Shown here piece after piece: positions 27,040-41,306 of a stretch of 64,000 nucleotides of DNA (position 1 is the stretch's first letter; each line of letters begins with the position of its first letter). Source of the DNA: Octopus bimaculoides (taxonomy: Eukaryota); assembly GCF_001194135.2 (NCBI RefSeq), contig NC_068990.1, positions 90,421,023 to 90,485,022 of the forward strand, read 5' to 3'. The notes under the pieces were generated by a model. That model was not told the DNA's origin. It worked only from the letters and a program-made list of their open reading frames with translations, and ran no database searches. The position numbers were made by a program, and so were the translations under genes.

Positions 27040-27096
27040 AACTCAGAGTTTCGGATACAGGGGCTGAAGTTTGCTCCGGCATCTCATCAGAACTAA
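27040..27096 (-). other. Hammerhead-ribozyme-like motif (Penelope/minimal type)
   Basis: Minus strand CTGATGA-gatgc-N20-gtatc-c-GAAA-ctctgagtt; both core boxes intact, stem II can pair. Confidence 0.4.
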
Positions 27097-29211
27097 GTAT
27101 AAGTAATAATTTCCTTTTCTTTCTTGGCTGAGATGCTGAATGCCACTGACGGGTAATCGAGGTCACGTGGGAAGTGAAAGCTATTTTAAAGTCAAATAAG
27201 TTTTCTTTTTTTATCAAATAATATTGGTCCTAATGAATTACTTTCATACGAGTACCTAAAGCTATGTGTATATGTGGATTTGCGTGTGTGGGAGTGCATA
27301 AGCAACAAATTAAATATTTCTTTCTTTGAATAGTTAAGAGACTATCCAACATATTGTTTAGAAATGGAGAGACTGTTAATAGAAAGAATTCCTTAAATTA
27401 AATAACTCTGCCCAAAGGAACATCAACAGTAAAAAAAATTGAAACAAAGTTGCTATGTCTTGAACACTCTCCATGAGATGGGATGAAGGCGTTAGGTTAG
27501 AAGTGTGTCCTTTATCTTCTGTACTTTCTGTATTTTTCTTTTGTTCCATTTTAACTCATCGAGAAGACAGGATTCCATTTGCATATTTTCTCTGACAGAT
27601 TTCTTGTTCCCTATTCTACTAATCTTTTTATAATTCAATTCTCCACTGGAAACTTTTCATTATTATACAGACGTACTTCTAAGTATATCCTTTAAGTGTG
27701 AGAGTGTGTGTGTGTGTGTATGAATATGTATATTTATGTAACGGTGCATACGTATATTTGTCTGTGTACTTGTACATATCAGTGGCATGTGTGTTTGTAT
27801 ATATATATNNNNNNNNNNNNNNNNNNNNNNNNNNNNNNNNNNNNNNNNNNNNNNNNNNNNNNNNNNNNNNNNNNNNNNNNNNNNNNNNNNNNNNNNNNNN
27901 NNNNNNNNNNNNNNNNNNNNNNNNNNNNNNNNNNNNNNNNNNNNNNNNNNNNNNNNNNNNNNNNNNNNNNNNNNNNNNNNNNNNNNNNNNNNNNNNNNNN
28001 NNNNNNNNNNNNNNNNNNNNNNNNNNNNNNNNNNNNNNNNNNNNNNNNNNNNNNNNNNNNNNNNNNNNNNNNNNNNNNNNNNNNNNNNNNNNNNNNNNNN
28101 NNNNNNNNNNNNNNNNNNNNNNNNNNNNNNNNNNNNNNNNNNNNNNNNNNNNNNNNNNNNNNNNNNNNNNNNNNNNNNNNNNNNNNNNNNNNNNNNNNNN
28201 NNNNNNNNNNNNNNNNNNNNNNNNNNNNNNNNNNNNNNNNNNNNNNNNNNNNNNNNNNNNNNNNNNNNNNNNNNNNNNNNNNNNNNNNNNATATATATAT
28301 ATATATAAGTGGTCCATGGCCACACACACATGCACATCCACGTACACTCGTTCATCCAAACTTACATATAGATGCATAATGCCACCCATGCAAACTGCTT
28401 CCAAGAACTTTTTCTTCCCCAAAATTCTTTCTTAGCAGAGACAAAGACACACACAAAGAACTAGATAATAGGATTGAAGCCGTATTTCGTTTCCGTAGAA
28501 AAATGACATTTTCTTTTTTTACATCTGTATTAAATGAAAAATACATAACCATCATTATTTCTAATTATTTTCTTTTCACCATTAATAATATATTTATGCT
28601 TATAAGTATGTTCTCTTCTATTTTTAATCATCTGAAGTCTTCCTGTCAGGTTGGAACTGGTTTCTAGCAAAGATAGAACGCTACATCATAAGGATGTAGG
28701 TAACAAAATTCCATCGCATTTCAAACTTAAGAAAAGGCGTCCTTGTACCGTTTGCAACTTGTATTTGTAACTTAATTAGGAAATCAACTTCAGCAATTAT
28801 TATTGGCATAAATATGAATGTATTACCTGTGTATGGAAGCTGAATGTTTCGAAGCATTTGTCTATAGCTATCGATGTGTTTTAGTGATAACGTCGTCTCG
28901 TGTGGAGAGGCAAATGACTAGATTACATTGTTGGGCAGCTGTTGAACGCATGTGACGTGACTTCGACAGAAATATGACATAATCGACACTTTCAATGACG
29001 TGTTGGGGGTTCAAACGTGCAGGATTCGAAGTGTAATGTGATGTAGCATTCACCAGTGCCAGAAAAGTTGCACCTCGCGTCGATATTACTGTCTTCTTCA
29101 AGTCTTCAGAAAACATAACCTCGCTAATGTTTTTTAGCATATAGGCTGCTTGACATATAGTTCTTCTTTGAGGTGTGTCATTCCAGCGGTTTGGTAGTCG
29201 TATGAGAGGCT

Positions 29212-29315
<104 letters not shown>

Positions 29316-29572
29316 TTTCTGAGGTTTCGTTGCCTTTCCATGCTTCGCTTTAGTATATGTTCTGACGAAGCGATTATAGCCCCGGAATATACGTTGCCTT
29401 CTTTGCTCCACCTTTTTTTTGTATTTCACTTTATATCTTTCCATATTGTCCTGGCTTTATTTTAAGTCTTTTACTCTGTGCGTGTATTTCTCCCCCCCCT
29501 CTCTCTCTCTCTCTTTATATATATATATATATATACATATAAATAACCTCCTAAGAACAAATATTTATATAA

Positions 29573-29606
<34 letters not shown>

Positions 29607-30117
29607 GTGTATGTACGTTTATGATTACCTGTATATGTGCGTGTTTGTATGCTTGTATGTATGTGTTAGATATCATCAGTTAGAATATACATCTCTTACT
29701 TCACTTTATTTCACTTATTGTTATTACAGATAAATAGAATTTTAAAAAAAGAATAAGAAGTCACGTCTCATATAAAGATAATGGAGATTAAAACAATTAT
29801 CAAATGTCCAATGATACAGTAGGTATGAAATTTTATATAACAGTTACATAGATTAAAAGCGTATCCGGAATACAGGTATTAATATCATGATTGTGGCAGC
29901 GAAAATATAAACAAAACCAGTGTTAAATGTATGATATACCAGCTCAAATGCAATGTTTTCAAATGTATAATATATTCAAGGGACTTCATAAAATTTCTTC
30001 AACCTTTGATAATACATAATCATATTTCAACAACAACGATAAAAAAAACAATCAACAAAAAACAACAATAATAATAATAATGATGATGGTGATAATAATA
30101 ATAATAATAATAATAAT

Positions 30118-30302
30118 AATCCCTTCTGTTTTAGGTACAAGGCCTGAAATTTAGAGGAAGGAACTAGTCGGTTACATCGACCCCGAAAAGATGAATGTCA
30201 GATATGACCACGGCGGCATTTGAACTCGTATCGCAAAGATTGACTAAATACTGCAAAGCATTTTGCCCAGTGTAGTAATGATTGTGCCAGATCACCGCCT
30301 TA
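30118..30302 (-). mobile_element. SINE family A with an internal deletion
   Basis: Has only one atcgacccc where other copies carry two direct repeats; head tgccagatcaccgcc. Confidence 0.8.
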
Positions 30303-30305
30303 ATA

Positions 30306-30340
<35 letters not shown>

Positions 30341-30360
30341 CATAATAATAATAATAATAA

Positions 30361-30584
30361 TGGAAGAAAGAAAAGTTGACAGAGATAACAGGTTAGCTTG
30401 GGAGGTTAAGCAGTTGTGGTCGCTGAAAAAGGTGGTAGTAGTACCAATAATTGTCGGAGCCCTTGGAACAGAGAGTAAAAATCTAGAGAAGTACATGACA
30501 CAAATAGGGGTAGGGGCTTGCAATAAGAGTGGAGCACTTGCGGAAAACAGCATTGCTTGAAACCGGTCGAATACTCCGGAAGGC
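30361..30584 (+). mobile_element. 5'-truncated R4/Dong-like LINE, C-terminal restriction-like endonuclease region
   Basis: EERKVDRDNRLAWEVKQLWSLKKVVVVPIIVGALGTESKNLEKYMTQIG / VEHLRKTALLETGRILRK matches the K-Y-x-x-L...W...PIVIGALG...KTALL pattern of RLE-bearing LINEs; (TAA)n on both sides. Confidence 0.85.
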
Positions 30585-30659
<75 letters not shown>

Positions 30660-31131
30660 AATAGTAATAATGATAATATTGACTCAAGTTTATAACACTT
30701 AGGTTTGGCACAATTGGTTAAGCTCAAATGCAGTTCTAGATTAGTACTTTGTTTTACCGACCCCATAAAAAATATAAAGCGAAATAATCTAGGATGTAGA
30801 GTCTAACACACTAAATTATTTTCGTTTCTCTTACGACTCGACTAGTCTACCGTACATGATCTATGGATGACTCTCATTGCATATAATACTCAGGTTGGCA
30901 TATGACCATCATTCTGTTGCAGTATCAGAGTGGGATTAATCATCGACCCCAGTATATAATTAGGAATCATTCCACCAAGCTAAGAGGCATAAAATCTGAC
31001 TGTTTTAGCAGATGTATGATATTTATTGGACTCGTTTGTTTGCGTAACGTTGTATTAATAGTGATGTACGTGGAATATGTATTGTCCTTATATTAAGAAA
31101 AGCATATTTAACATCTCTTCTATGTAAGTCC

Positions 31132-31167
<36 letters not shown>

Positions 31168-31501
31168 GCTAGTATTGTTGTTTTTGTTGTTGTTGTTTTG
31201 CTGTTTGTCATTATTAATCTTGAAGTCTAATTCTCGTAGCCAATAAAAGGCATCTTCTTCTTCCTTCTTCTCTACCACCCTCTCTTTCTCCTCTTCTTCC
31301 TCCTACTCCACCTACTCCACCTACTCCTCTTCCTCGTTCTCGTCCTCCTCCTTGTTATGTTTTCATATGCACGTATTTTAACATTCACTTAGCGCCTATC
31401 ACTTTAGGAATTGCTCCTATTTTCAGAGCTCGCGTATTCACGTTATTATTGTTATTGTTGTTGTTTTGGTGATGTTGTTACTGCTGCCTGCACAACCGCT
31501 G

Positions 31502-31580
<79 letters not shown>

Positions 31581-31775
31581 CACTATCATTATTCTTGGTA
31601 TTTATATTACGGTTGATGTTCTTGTGTATATACAGCATCGCATGAGATTTTACTGTGTCGCCAGTTGCACCTTTGCATTTCTGCGGTTCGTATGTCATTG
31701 TCCATTGGAGGAGCAGAATGGTGTTTGTGTGTGCAAACTACGTTTTGCTTCACTATGAAACGTCTTCTGTTGTAT

Positions 31776-33230
31776 TGTGACGTAACGTTCTTGATTCATA
31801 TCTACTGCAGACGTTGTATTACATGAGTTAATGTCGGATGGTGATTTTGAACGGTTATGTACCGGGTCAAATGTGTAACGTGACAGGGTTTCGGGTGTAC
31901 AGAATGTGAGTTGAGTGAAAGGCTCATGTTAGAATGTTGGGTAAGGAATATGAACGGTAAATGTTTGTGATATCTTATTGGCTGTTGATAGTTTTATGTA
32001 TGTGTTGTGTGCAGAAAATATATTTTGAAGCTGTGTAATTGAATGTTGGCCTGTGCCGACTAGGGGCATGCATGTTTTGGACTCAGTACAACATGGTCAG
32101 CAGGGGTATGGTGGGAGATTAACTTAGCGCAAACAAAGGGTGATTTTTAATTATTCACAGAGAGAATTTTGAATGAAAATCCAACCTATCTATGAATAGA
32201 TGTAGTTGTCATCAAAAAACGAGTGTCTTCCTAATCTGTAAACCCGAGGACAAGAGGGGGTGACAGACCATTTTCGTGCACCATACTACAGCCCATAGGT
32301 TCATGCCACAATGCATGTTCGTGTGTAATATAAGTGTGATACTTATGAGCGAGAATGGCAGTGATATTGAGCTTTGATCTCGCGGTGTGATCCACTTTGT
32401 ACAATATTCGTACAGAGACTATGCAAAGCTCTAAGTGGTCGGTTGAAATGTGTATGAAATTCTAAGTCCTGATTATAAGTCCTAATTACTGCCCAAAACC
32501 ACAGGACAATTACGGAGCTGCGCATCGTTGTGAACATCGAATGAAAAGAATGGAACTGGGGGTACATGACAAAAAATCCAGCTGTCAGACTCTGGCAGTA
32601 AGATACATATGAATGATGTCTGCCTTAACGAGTATAAACGCAGAGAAAGACGGAAAATGACGACCAGAAGCAGATTAGCAACAGCAGCAGTAGATCCCGT
32701 AGGCTTTTCTCCCGACAGCGCAACTAGTTTCACACCACCGTATACAGTTATCAGGTTGACAGAGAAATGGTTCATCGTTAGGACTTAAACAGACGAACTG
32801 AAGAACTCATCACCAGTCAAAACACGTAGAGCCATTCATTTCAACGTCTTGCTAAATTGGAAGAACGTGGACAGGAAAAGAATCTGTCCAAAGAAATGCG
32901 ATCCTCAAACGAGAACAAATATTAATTGGGAGGAAGGTTCCTCTTCTCTGGCACATGTTTTTCTGCAGATGCTCAAAGCACTAAAGCTTTCATAGTAAAA
33001 CAGATAACTTGGATCACATAGATAAAGGCAAGCCGCAAATGCGAGACGCGGAAAGAACGCCGGAAAAATTCAAAATACAGCTGAACGATAAAATGCAGGT
33101 GATGACCACAGCTCTTTAAATATGATAATGTAAGAAATGTATACTCAGAAGAAATGGGCTTCCACATACCACGTCGAACCCCAAAATAGTTTACGAGTAC
33201 CTTTGAGTAAACTAAGTTTCAATATAAGAA
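31776..33230 (+). mobile_element. Probable decayed LTR retrotransposon (LTR, PBS, gag relic)
   Basis: TGTGACG start, ...ACAACA|TGGTCAGCAGGGG (LTR end and PBS-like) at 32093/32094, long stop-interrupted frame ending FSGTC with a 1-nt-frameshifted CFFCRCSKH (zinc-knuckle-like) at 32956-32981. Confidence 0.35.
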
Positions 33231-33741
33231 TAGTGGAAGGCAGAGAGAGAGAACGGGAGAGAGAGCAAAGGTAAGCAAGTAGCACAAGGAGGAGCTCATC
33301 TCACCCTCACGTAGAACTTAAATTTGCTTTTTCTGATGAAACAAACGAGCTACTGATGGAATCACCAAAAGTACAGACGGAAATATTTGCAATGTTTAGA
33401 TTGCGGGGTAGTTCGGGTCAAGAATTGAGGAACCCATTCATGATAGTTTACTAATATACTTCTTGTAGGATGTTGACCAGTCCGAAGCAAGATCTGGAGA
33501 ATTCTCAAACGATGAAGGGTAGGTCAGTCTATCTGCTGTTTATGCTTTTAAATTTGAATGTTCTTTTAATTTCTGTGCTCCAATAATATCAAATTTAAAA
33601 GATGCCCTTAAGAATATATTATAAAGTATTTATTCCACCTTTTATTTTTATATAACATTGTAACCCTATTTTTCTTTTATATGCGTAACTGGGCACCCGT
33701 GGGGAAAGGCAGAAATTGCTATTGTTATTGTTGATGTAAAT

Positions 33742-34122
<381 letters not shown>

Positions 34123-35689
34123 TGATGTATAGCAAACTGGTTGAAGCTGGTATAGTATTACTTTTGAAAACACTGCTGATTCGGATGAAAACCAAATTGA
34201 AACTGGAATGAAGCCCAACCAATTTGAATCGAGTGTTACACTTGGCAGTCTTAGAAACACCCTGCTACGCTTTGATTATCATTATCGTTAAATTTCTTCA
34301 TTATTTTACCACTTATCAGAGAATATTTAAGATTACTTTTCCTATATATAATTATTGATCTCTTCAAGTTTGTTATGTATCATATAATTATTTTCAACAT
34401 CATTATAATTTCTATAATATAGTGCTATGTTATGACAACTATTTTACAGAATAAAATGTATTTTTTCAGGTAATATTTTTTAAAAATTATTCTTGTTTCT
34501 GTTAATGAATTTTTTTTTTAATTTCCTGTTTCGGTTTAATTATAACATGTTTCTTTGAAGTAATCTTTTCGTAATATTAGAATCAATCTGTCAAATATTA
34601 TTAATTAAAAATCTCATTAATTACGTATGAATTAGTTTTGAAACAGAAACAGAACAAATTTTGCTTGAAACCAAATATTAAATCAAGGGTAATGTTTTGA
34701 TAATCCAATGAAAAGTATGTGCCGTGTTGATAATAACAATTTTTACAGTGCCACAAACAAAAATAGGTCTGTTTAATTTCAAAGGTTATTTTTGCAGTAG
34801 ACGAAGAATAAATTCCGTTTTGTCACACATATATGAATCTTGTACATTAGATTTCACTTCGTTTTTTTTTCTTTATTTTTGTTACATTTAATAACTGGGA
34901 AAAATTGGCGGCCCTATTTCATTAAGGCATTCACAATTAAATCGACTGTGAAACTCGATTTATCTAAAACAACATAAAGCGAAAGTGTTTTATAAAATAT
35001 TGATTTCTTTCAAATAGGGCCAACACCTCAAGTTTGTATTGGAAGTTTGATTGTATGAACGTCTCTATATCAATAGTACTCAATTTATTGAATCTTTTGA
35101 TAGCAGAGATAAATTGGCCAGGATGTATATTGAAATCAGATCATGGCGCGAGAGAACTAAATATTGTAAAATATCCAGTTTAATCCACCATGTTTTGTCT
35201 GTCATTTCAGCGATAAAGGAATGAATCATCAAATACTGAAGTCCCGTATATAAAACACACTACGTACATGTTACAAATAATTGTTCAATAACATAAAATA
35301 AATTTAATTTTGAATTATGATATGAAAATGTGTTTATAACACCGAGCATACGGCATGGTATGTCACGTACATAAAGATTCTACCAGTTTCGAGCTAGTTT
35401 GCTCTCCAGAGGTATCCCGCTGCCCCGTGTTGCCTTGGCCAGGGGCATATGTACGCGACAACAGCTAGCAGACAAAGTGTAAAATTGTAAAAGTACAGAC
35501 CAGCACACTGATTTAATTACTTAGGGATTGAATTACCAGATCAAACTGTCAGTTTAGTACGTGACAACAATAAAATTTCAGTGGTATTTAAATTAAAAAG
35601 CAAAGACGAGACGTTTTCAAGCGGACATCATCGACTGCCAAGAAACCTGCTAAGATGGGAATAGTTGGAAACACATTGACACACACATA

Positions 35690-35829
35690 CAGACACATAC
35701 ACCCATACATACATACATACATACATACATACACATACACAAACACACTCTCTCTCTCTCTTCCTCTCACAACAATATAGTATGCATGTATGAAAGTATG
35801 TATGTATGTATGTATGTATGTATGTATGT

Positions 35830-35898
<69 letters not shown>

Positions 35899-35963
35899 CT
35901 GGTAGGTAGAAAGATAGATAGATAGTTAGAGTGGTAGATAGCTAGCTATCTAGGTAGATAGAC

Positions 35964-36025
<62 letters not shown>
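35690..36025. repeat. Compound (TACA)n/(TC)n/(TATG)n/(TAGA)n microsatellite
   Basis: Directly visible. Confidence 0.95.
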
Positions 36026-36026
<1 letters not shown>

Positions 36027-36218
36027 GACGTTAATGAAAGAGTAGAGCTCTAAATATCTTGGAATGAATCCTACGCTGACGGATAAATGCAGTTTCCTTA
36101 TACCAAAATTCGTATTCATCTCAGTGAATGTTGAACGTAAGGAGAATGCAAGCAACTGATGGCGTTAGTTTTAGTTGGGCAATGCATATACACATCATAT
36201 ATACATACATATATAAAT

Positions 36219-36251
<33 letters not shown>

Positions 36252-36759
36252 TAGATAATTGTTATTGATACATATTTTTATATAGATAAAACTTTAAATT
36301 TTCTTTCAAAAGATTCCCCTGTTTCATATCATAGATGCCAGTTCCTTTAGGTTAAATGTAAACATTTTCAAAGACACTAGAGAAAAACTTTGTTGTTTAG
36401 TATATATAATTTTTATAGTTTACGTATGCAAATTTATTTTTAATAAACTTCATGAAGGCAATTACAACTTATTTTTAACAATTGACTTTCTATTATTGGT
36501 TTCTCTATAGCTAAACTTTACGTAGTCTTGTGGTCTTGTGGTCTGTTAGATACCGCGGAGATTAAGCCTCGACATAAATTTATGTAAAGATATGTAAAAA
36601 GCCAATTCACTGTTATATATTTGTAAGTAATTGTACGTACGTCTAAAGTTTCAGTGAATATGTTTTATAGAACGTATGAACATATCTGTGTTCGACATTA
36701 TATCAGATCGATCGCACATACGAATGTATATGTGTGTGTGTGCATGTATGAAGGTTGTA

Positions 36760-36794
<35 letters not shown>

Positions 36795-36857
36795 NNNNNN
36801 NNNNNNNNNNNNNNNNNNNNNNNNNNNNNNNNNNNNNNNNNNNNNNNNNNNNNNNNN

Positions 36858-36894
<37 letters not shown>

Positions 36895-38194
36895 ACACAG
36901 ACATAAATAGTTATATCTATCTATCCTATCTATCTGCATCTCTCTCTTTCTCTCTATGTATATATATATGTACATATATATATATATACATTGAGTAACA
37001 TTAAGAGACTGAGAGAGGGATGGGCCGAGGACATTAAAACGGAGGGAGTCACAGGCATAGAATATACTATTTACACTATTTTATCTCTGACAGCCATTCT
37101 TGATATTCTTTACAATCTCTGTTCAAATATTGCCGGTCATCTTTGCCTTAATCTTTCCGAGTTCGATAAAATGAAGTTTCAGTTTGATATTATTAACTAA
37201 GCCGTTTCTCCAAAATTTTAGCCTTGTTTCTTTGTTTCATATTATTGGTATTTTTGAAACAGTATTACTAATAGTTCTGCGGCTAAATCATTGTTCTTTA
37301 ACGGATTAATCATTCGTAAGGAATATATAATTTCAAACTTACATTAATCAGTTGAATTTTATCTGTGAATTAATTAATTCGTTAACTAAGAAAAGGATAT
37401 AATAATATTACTCTATATTAGATTTCTTCAATAGTCACAGAATCTTTATAGTTAAAGAAGAAACTTATATACGGGAAAAATGTGACGTTTCGAATATTTT
37501 CACCAGGAATCATAGATGATATAAGCGCATTAGGAAGATTAAACCCGGGATTATTGGGGCCGTGATCTGACCGGTTGAGAGTTTAAAATTTGCTCTGAAA
37601 TACTCACAATGAAATAAATACAAGAAAAATATACTACAAATAACCGTATAGAATTGTTGTTCCTTTTTACACTATTAGATGGCGCTTGTGTGATGATAGT
37701 GGAATTTACACTAGAGACGGCACCTAAGAATAAGTTTTCAGTTTAATGTTCGACAACTCAATAGTAAGTTGATCTGTTGCTTGTAACTGCCTTCACGTAT
37801 GAATCATAATTCCGTTCCTCAGTTTTTGATAATCAGTGTTGGAAATTATACAGTAAGAACAAGGATGCTGTCTTTTCTCTTCAGATGAAAGCATTAAATA
37901 TTACAAAAGTTTCAATATTATAGATTCTAAGATTAAAAGAGTCAGGTTTGTAAAAAAAAACGCTTTCAGTTACTTTCTGATATGACTTCACATTCTATTC
38001 CATTTACTCTATAAAGATATTTAAAAACTACCACGAAAATAAATATCAGAGGCTTTTAAATTATTATTAGGTTTATGTAACTAGTGAGCATGAGCGGTAT
38101 TAACGATCATAGTAGGAAGCTATTACAGCTGACAATATTTCTAATATAGTTAAGATTTTTGTTTCTCACAAGTCATGAAATTGTTTGTGAGAAC

Positions 38195-38560
38195 GGACGT
38201 CTATGTTATCGACCGCGCTACTTGATTGCAACTTTATTTTATTAACCGATTCTGAAGGATATAAGGTAAAGTCGATCTCAGTACGATCAAATACTGGATA
38301 TCATTGTATCCAATGCATTAATGATTCTGTCAAAGAATTGCCACTTGGAAAATTATAATTTAGCCACAGGGTCAGGAATTTGTAGAGAAAGGAATTGGCT
38401 ACTACATGGAACCCAGTACTTGGCAGATACTCAATTTTATCGACCCCAGGAATGGTAAAGGTGATCTTAGCGAAATTTGGACTAAAAACGTAAAGAGGCG
38501 GTGCGAATAACGCTTGGGATTTTGATGGAAGAATTAACGATTCTGTGAATCCACCGTGCA
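38195..38560 (-). mobile_element. Two adjacent diverged SINE family A fragments
   Basis: ttatcgacc...ggtaaagtcgatctc (38195-38300) and cccagtact...ttttatcgaccccagg...aacgtaaaga (38370-38560). Confidence 0.6.
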
Positions 38561-39947
38561 AGAGATGAAGAAAGACATTAATAAGAAGAGGTAGAAAGGA
38601 AGTAAGGTAAAACAGAGATGTGTAAAAGAAAATGAAGAAGGAAGGTTGATAGAAGAAAAAGGAGAAGAAGAAGAAGAGCAGAGAGGAGCAGAAAAGATGA
38701 AAGGGAGAAAGGACAAAAATAAGAAGAAAAATATATATACATTTAAAAAACAAAAAAGCAAACCTAATGAGAGAGAATGAAAGAAATGGACACGAACAAA
38801 AATCTTTTTATTACTTTTTTAATATCATTAATATATATGTATATATAGATGTATGTATGGGTAGAAAATAATAAAAACAATATAAATGTCAAAAGAGATT
38901 GAAAAAGAAATGCAAACGAAACCTACGGAACAGATATCTTAAAACAAAACCATAATACTAGTAGCGCATTAGATGTGACTGTATGTGAGTATGTGTGTGT
39001 GTCTGTGTGCGTGTGTGCGTGCGATTGTATCTATATATGTATAGACATTGAGATCGACAGCGAGAAATAAGTTATGAAGGAATTATTTCCGTATATAACC
39101 ATGTTATCTTTTATTCTATCCTGGAACTTATTGCTGTGTTGCTGTTATATATATATATATATNNNNNNNNNNNNNNNNNNNNNNNNNNNNNNNNNNNNNN
39201 NNNNNNNNNNNNNNNNNNNNNNNNNNNNNNNNNNNNNNNNNNNNNNNNNNNNNNNNNNNNNNNNNNNNNNNNNNNNNNNNNNNNNNNNNNNNNNNNNNNN
39301 NNNNNNNNNNNNNNNNNNNNNNNNNNNNNNNNNNNNNNNNNNNNNNNNNNNNNNNNNNNNNNNNNNNNNNNNNNNNNNNNNNNNNNNNNNNNNNNNNNNN
39401 NNNNNNNNNNNNNNNNNNNNNNNNNNNNNNNNNNNNNNNNNNNNNNNNNNNNNNNNNNNNNNNNNNNNNNNNNNNNNNNNNNNNNNNNNNNNNNNNNNNN
39501 NNNNNNNNNNNNNNNNNNNNNNNNNNNNNNNNNNNNNNNNNNNNNNNNNNNNNNNNNNNNNNNNNNNNNNNNNNNNNNNNNNNNNNNNNNNNNNNNNNNN
39601 NNNNNNNNNNNNNNNNNNNNNNNNNNNNNNNNNNNNNNNNNNNNNNNNNNNNNNNNNNNNNNNNNNNNNNNNNNNNNNNNNNNNNNNNNNNNNNNNNNNN
39701 NNNNNNNNNNNNNNNNNNNNNNNNNNNNNNNNNNNNNNNNNNNNNNNNNNNNNNNNNNNNNNNNNNNNNNNNNNNNNNNNNNNNNNNNNNNNNNNNNNNN
39801 NNNNNNNNNNNNNNNNNNNNNNNNNNNNNNNNNNNNNNNNNNNNNNNNNNNNNNNNNNNNNNNNNNNNNNNNNNNNNNNNNNNNNNNNNNNNNNNNNNNN
39901 NNNNNNNNNNNNNNNNNNNNNNNNNNNNNNNNNNNNNNNNNNNNNNN

Positions 39948-40004
<57 letters not shown>

Positions 40005-41202
40005 TTATGAATGTATGTATGTATGTTTAAACTTATATGCATGTGTATATGTATGCATTTTCAATGAAGCAGAGAAAAAACAATAATAGGCAGTCTACAA
40101 CAACTAACAAGTTCTCAAAAAATAAAACATATCAAAAGTGAAGTTTTGAGATAAAGGAATTATGTTTTCCGCATGTACTTGTATTTGTACGTTTATTATG
40201 TAATTGTCTCCCTTTAAAGCAAGAATATAACAAGGAAAAATAAGAGAGTTCATGAAGAAAGAGAAAGGATTTGTAGTTGAACATCTTTAAAGATATCTAG
40301 GTAGATATATGTCAGACATTTTATCCCTAACCTGGGTGACTAGCGATCATGTAATGATATTTTTAAATTGGTATGTATATGTGTATACATGCATACATAT
40401 GTATATTTACACATACATATATGTACATATATATGTATATATATATATGTATGTATAACTACTTATGCATGCATGTGCTTATAGTGTGATGCGCCTGTAT
40501 GTATGTTTATATATATATATATATATATATATAGTTATGTTTGTATATATGTATGCATGGGTTATTGGAGTATTTATGTATATATGTTTCTCAGTGTGCT
40601 CGTGCGTGTGTATGTGTGTGTCTATGTGTGTGTGTAAATACGCGTGGGAATGTAGATGTGCGTGCTAGTTCACGTGTGCGTGTATGTGTGTTTGATTATT
40701 TCATGCAATCAATTAATTGATTAATTTGAATATAATAATATAATAGAATAAATGCGAATAAATGAACATTAAAATATTAATGACATCCGATATACACTGT
40801 TATTAAATTTGTTGAAAATAATGGAATGGATACACAATTATTAAAGACGTTTTAGTACAATTCTTCATAAGAGTTTTAATAAAATTTTAATATTCATTTT
40901 AGTTATTATAATATTACTATTGTTACTTTTTATTGTATTATTATTTTTATCATTATTACGGTTTTTGTTTTTCTTGTTATTTTTATTTTAATCATTATTA
41001 TTATTGTTGTAATAGTTCTTAAAATATTACCACCATCGACATTATGATGATTTTAAAATTATTAAGATCACTATCATTATTATTATTGTAGTTATTTTTT
41101 GATAGATATGACTGCTAGCATTTAGATTGCTAGTTATAATAGCGTTATTGAGATAAGATTGCTGTAAGATTTTGATGATTTTTATAATAATTATAATTAA
41201 TA

Positions 41203-41220
41203 TTTATTTTAATATTTATT
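41203..41220 (-). terminator. Candidate polyadenylation signals of calexcitin (two AATAAA)
   Basis: AATAAA on the minus strand at 41220-41215 and 41208-41203, about 90-100 nt past the stop. The region is very AT-rich, so chance occurrence is plausible. Confidence 0.25.
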
Positions 41221-41306
41221 TGTTCATTTTGATATATTTGTTTCTTGTGTCATTTTTTTAAAATTTTCGCTCTGTATTTAAAGGAAGTAAAAATAAGAGG
41301 CTGCTA

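Noticed and set aside
29350-29395. CTGACGA...GGAA hammerhead-like string (also a weaker one at 54930-54980)
   Set aside because: Core boxes are mutated and stems are only 2-4 bp; too degenerate to support.
34910-35021. 10-bp inverted repeat GGCCCTATTT...AAATAGGGCC
   Set aside because: Short, with no target-site duplication and no second copy seen.
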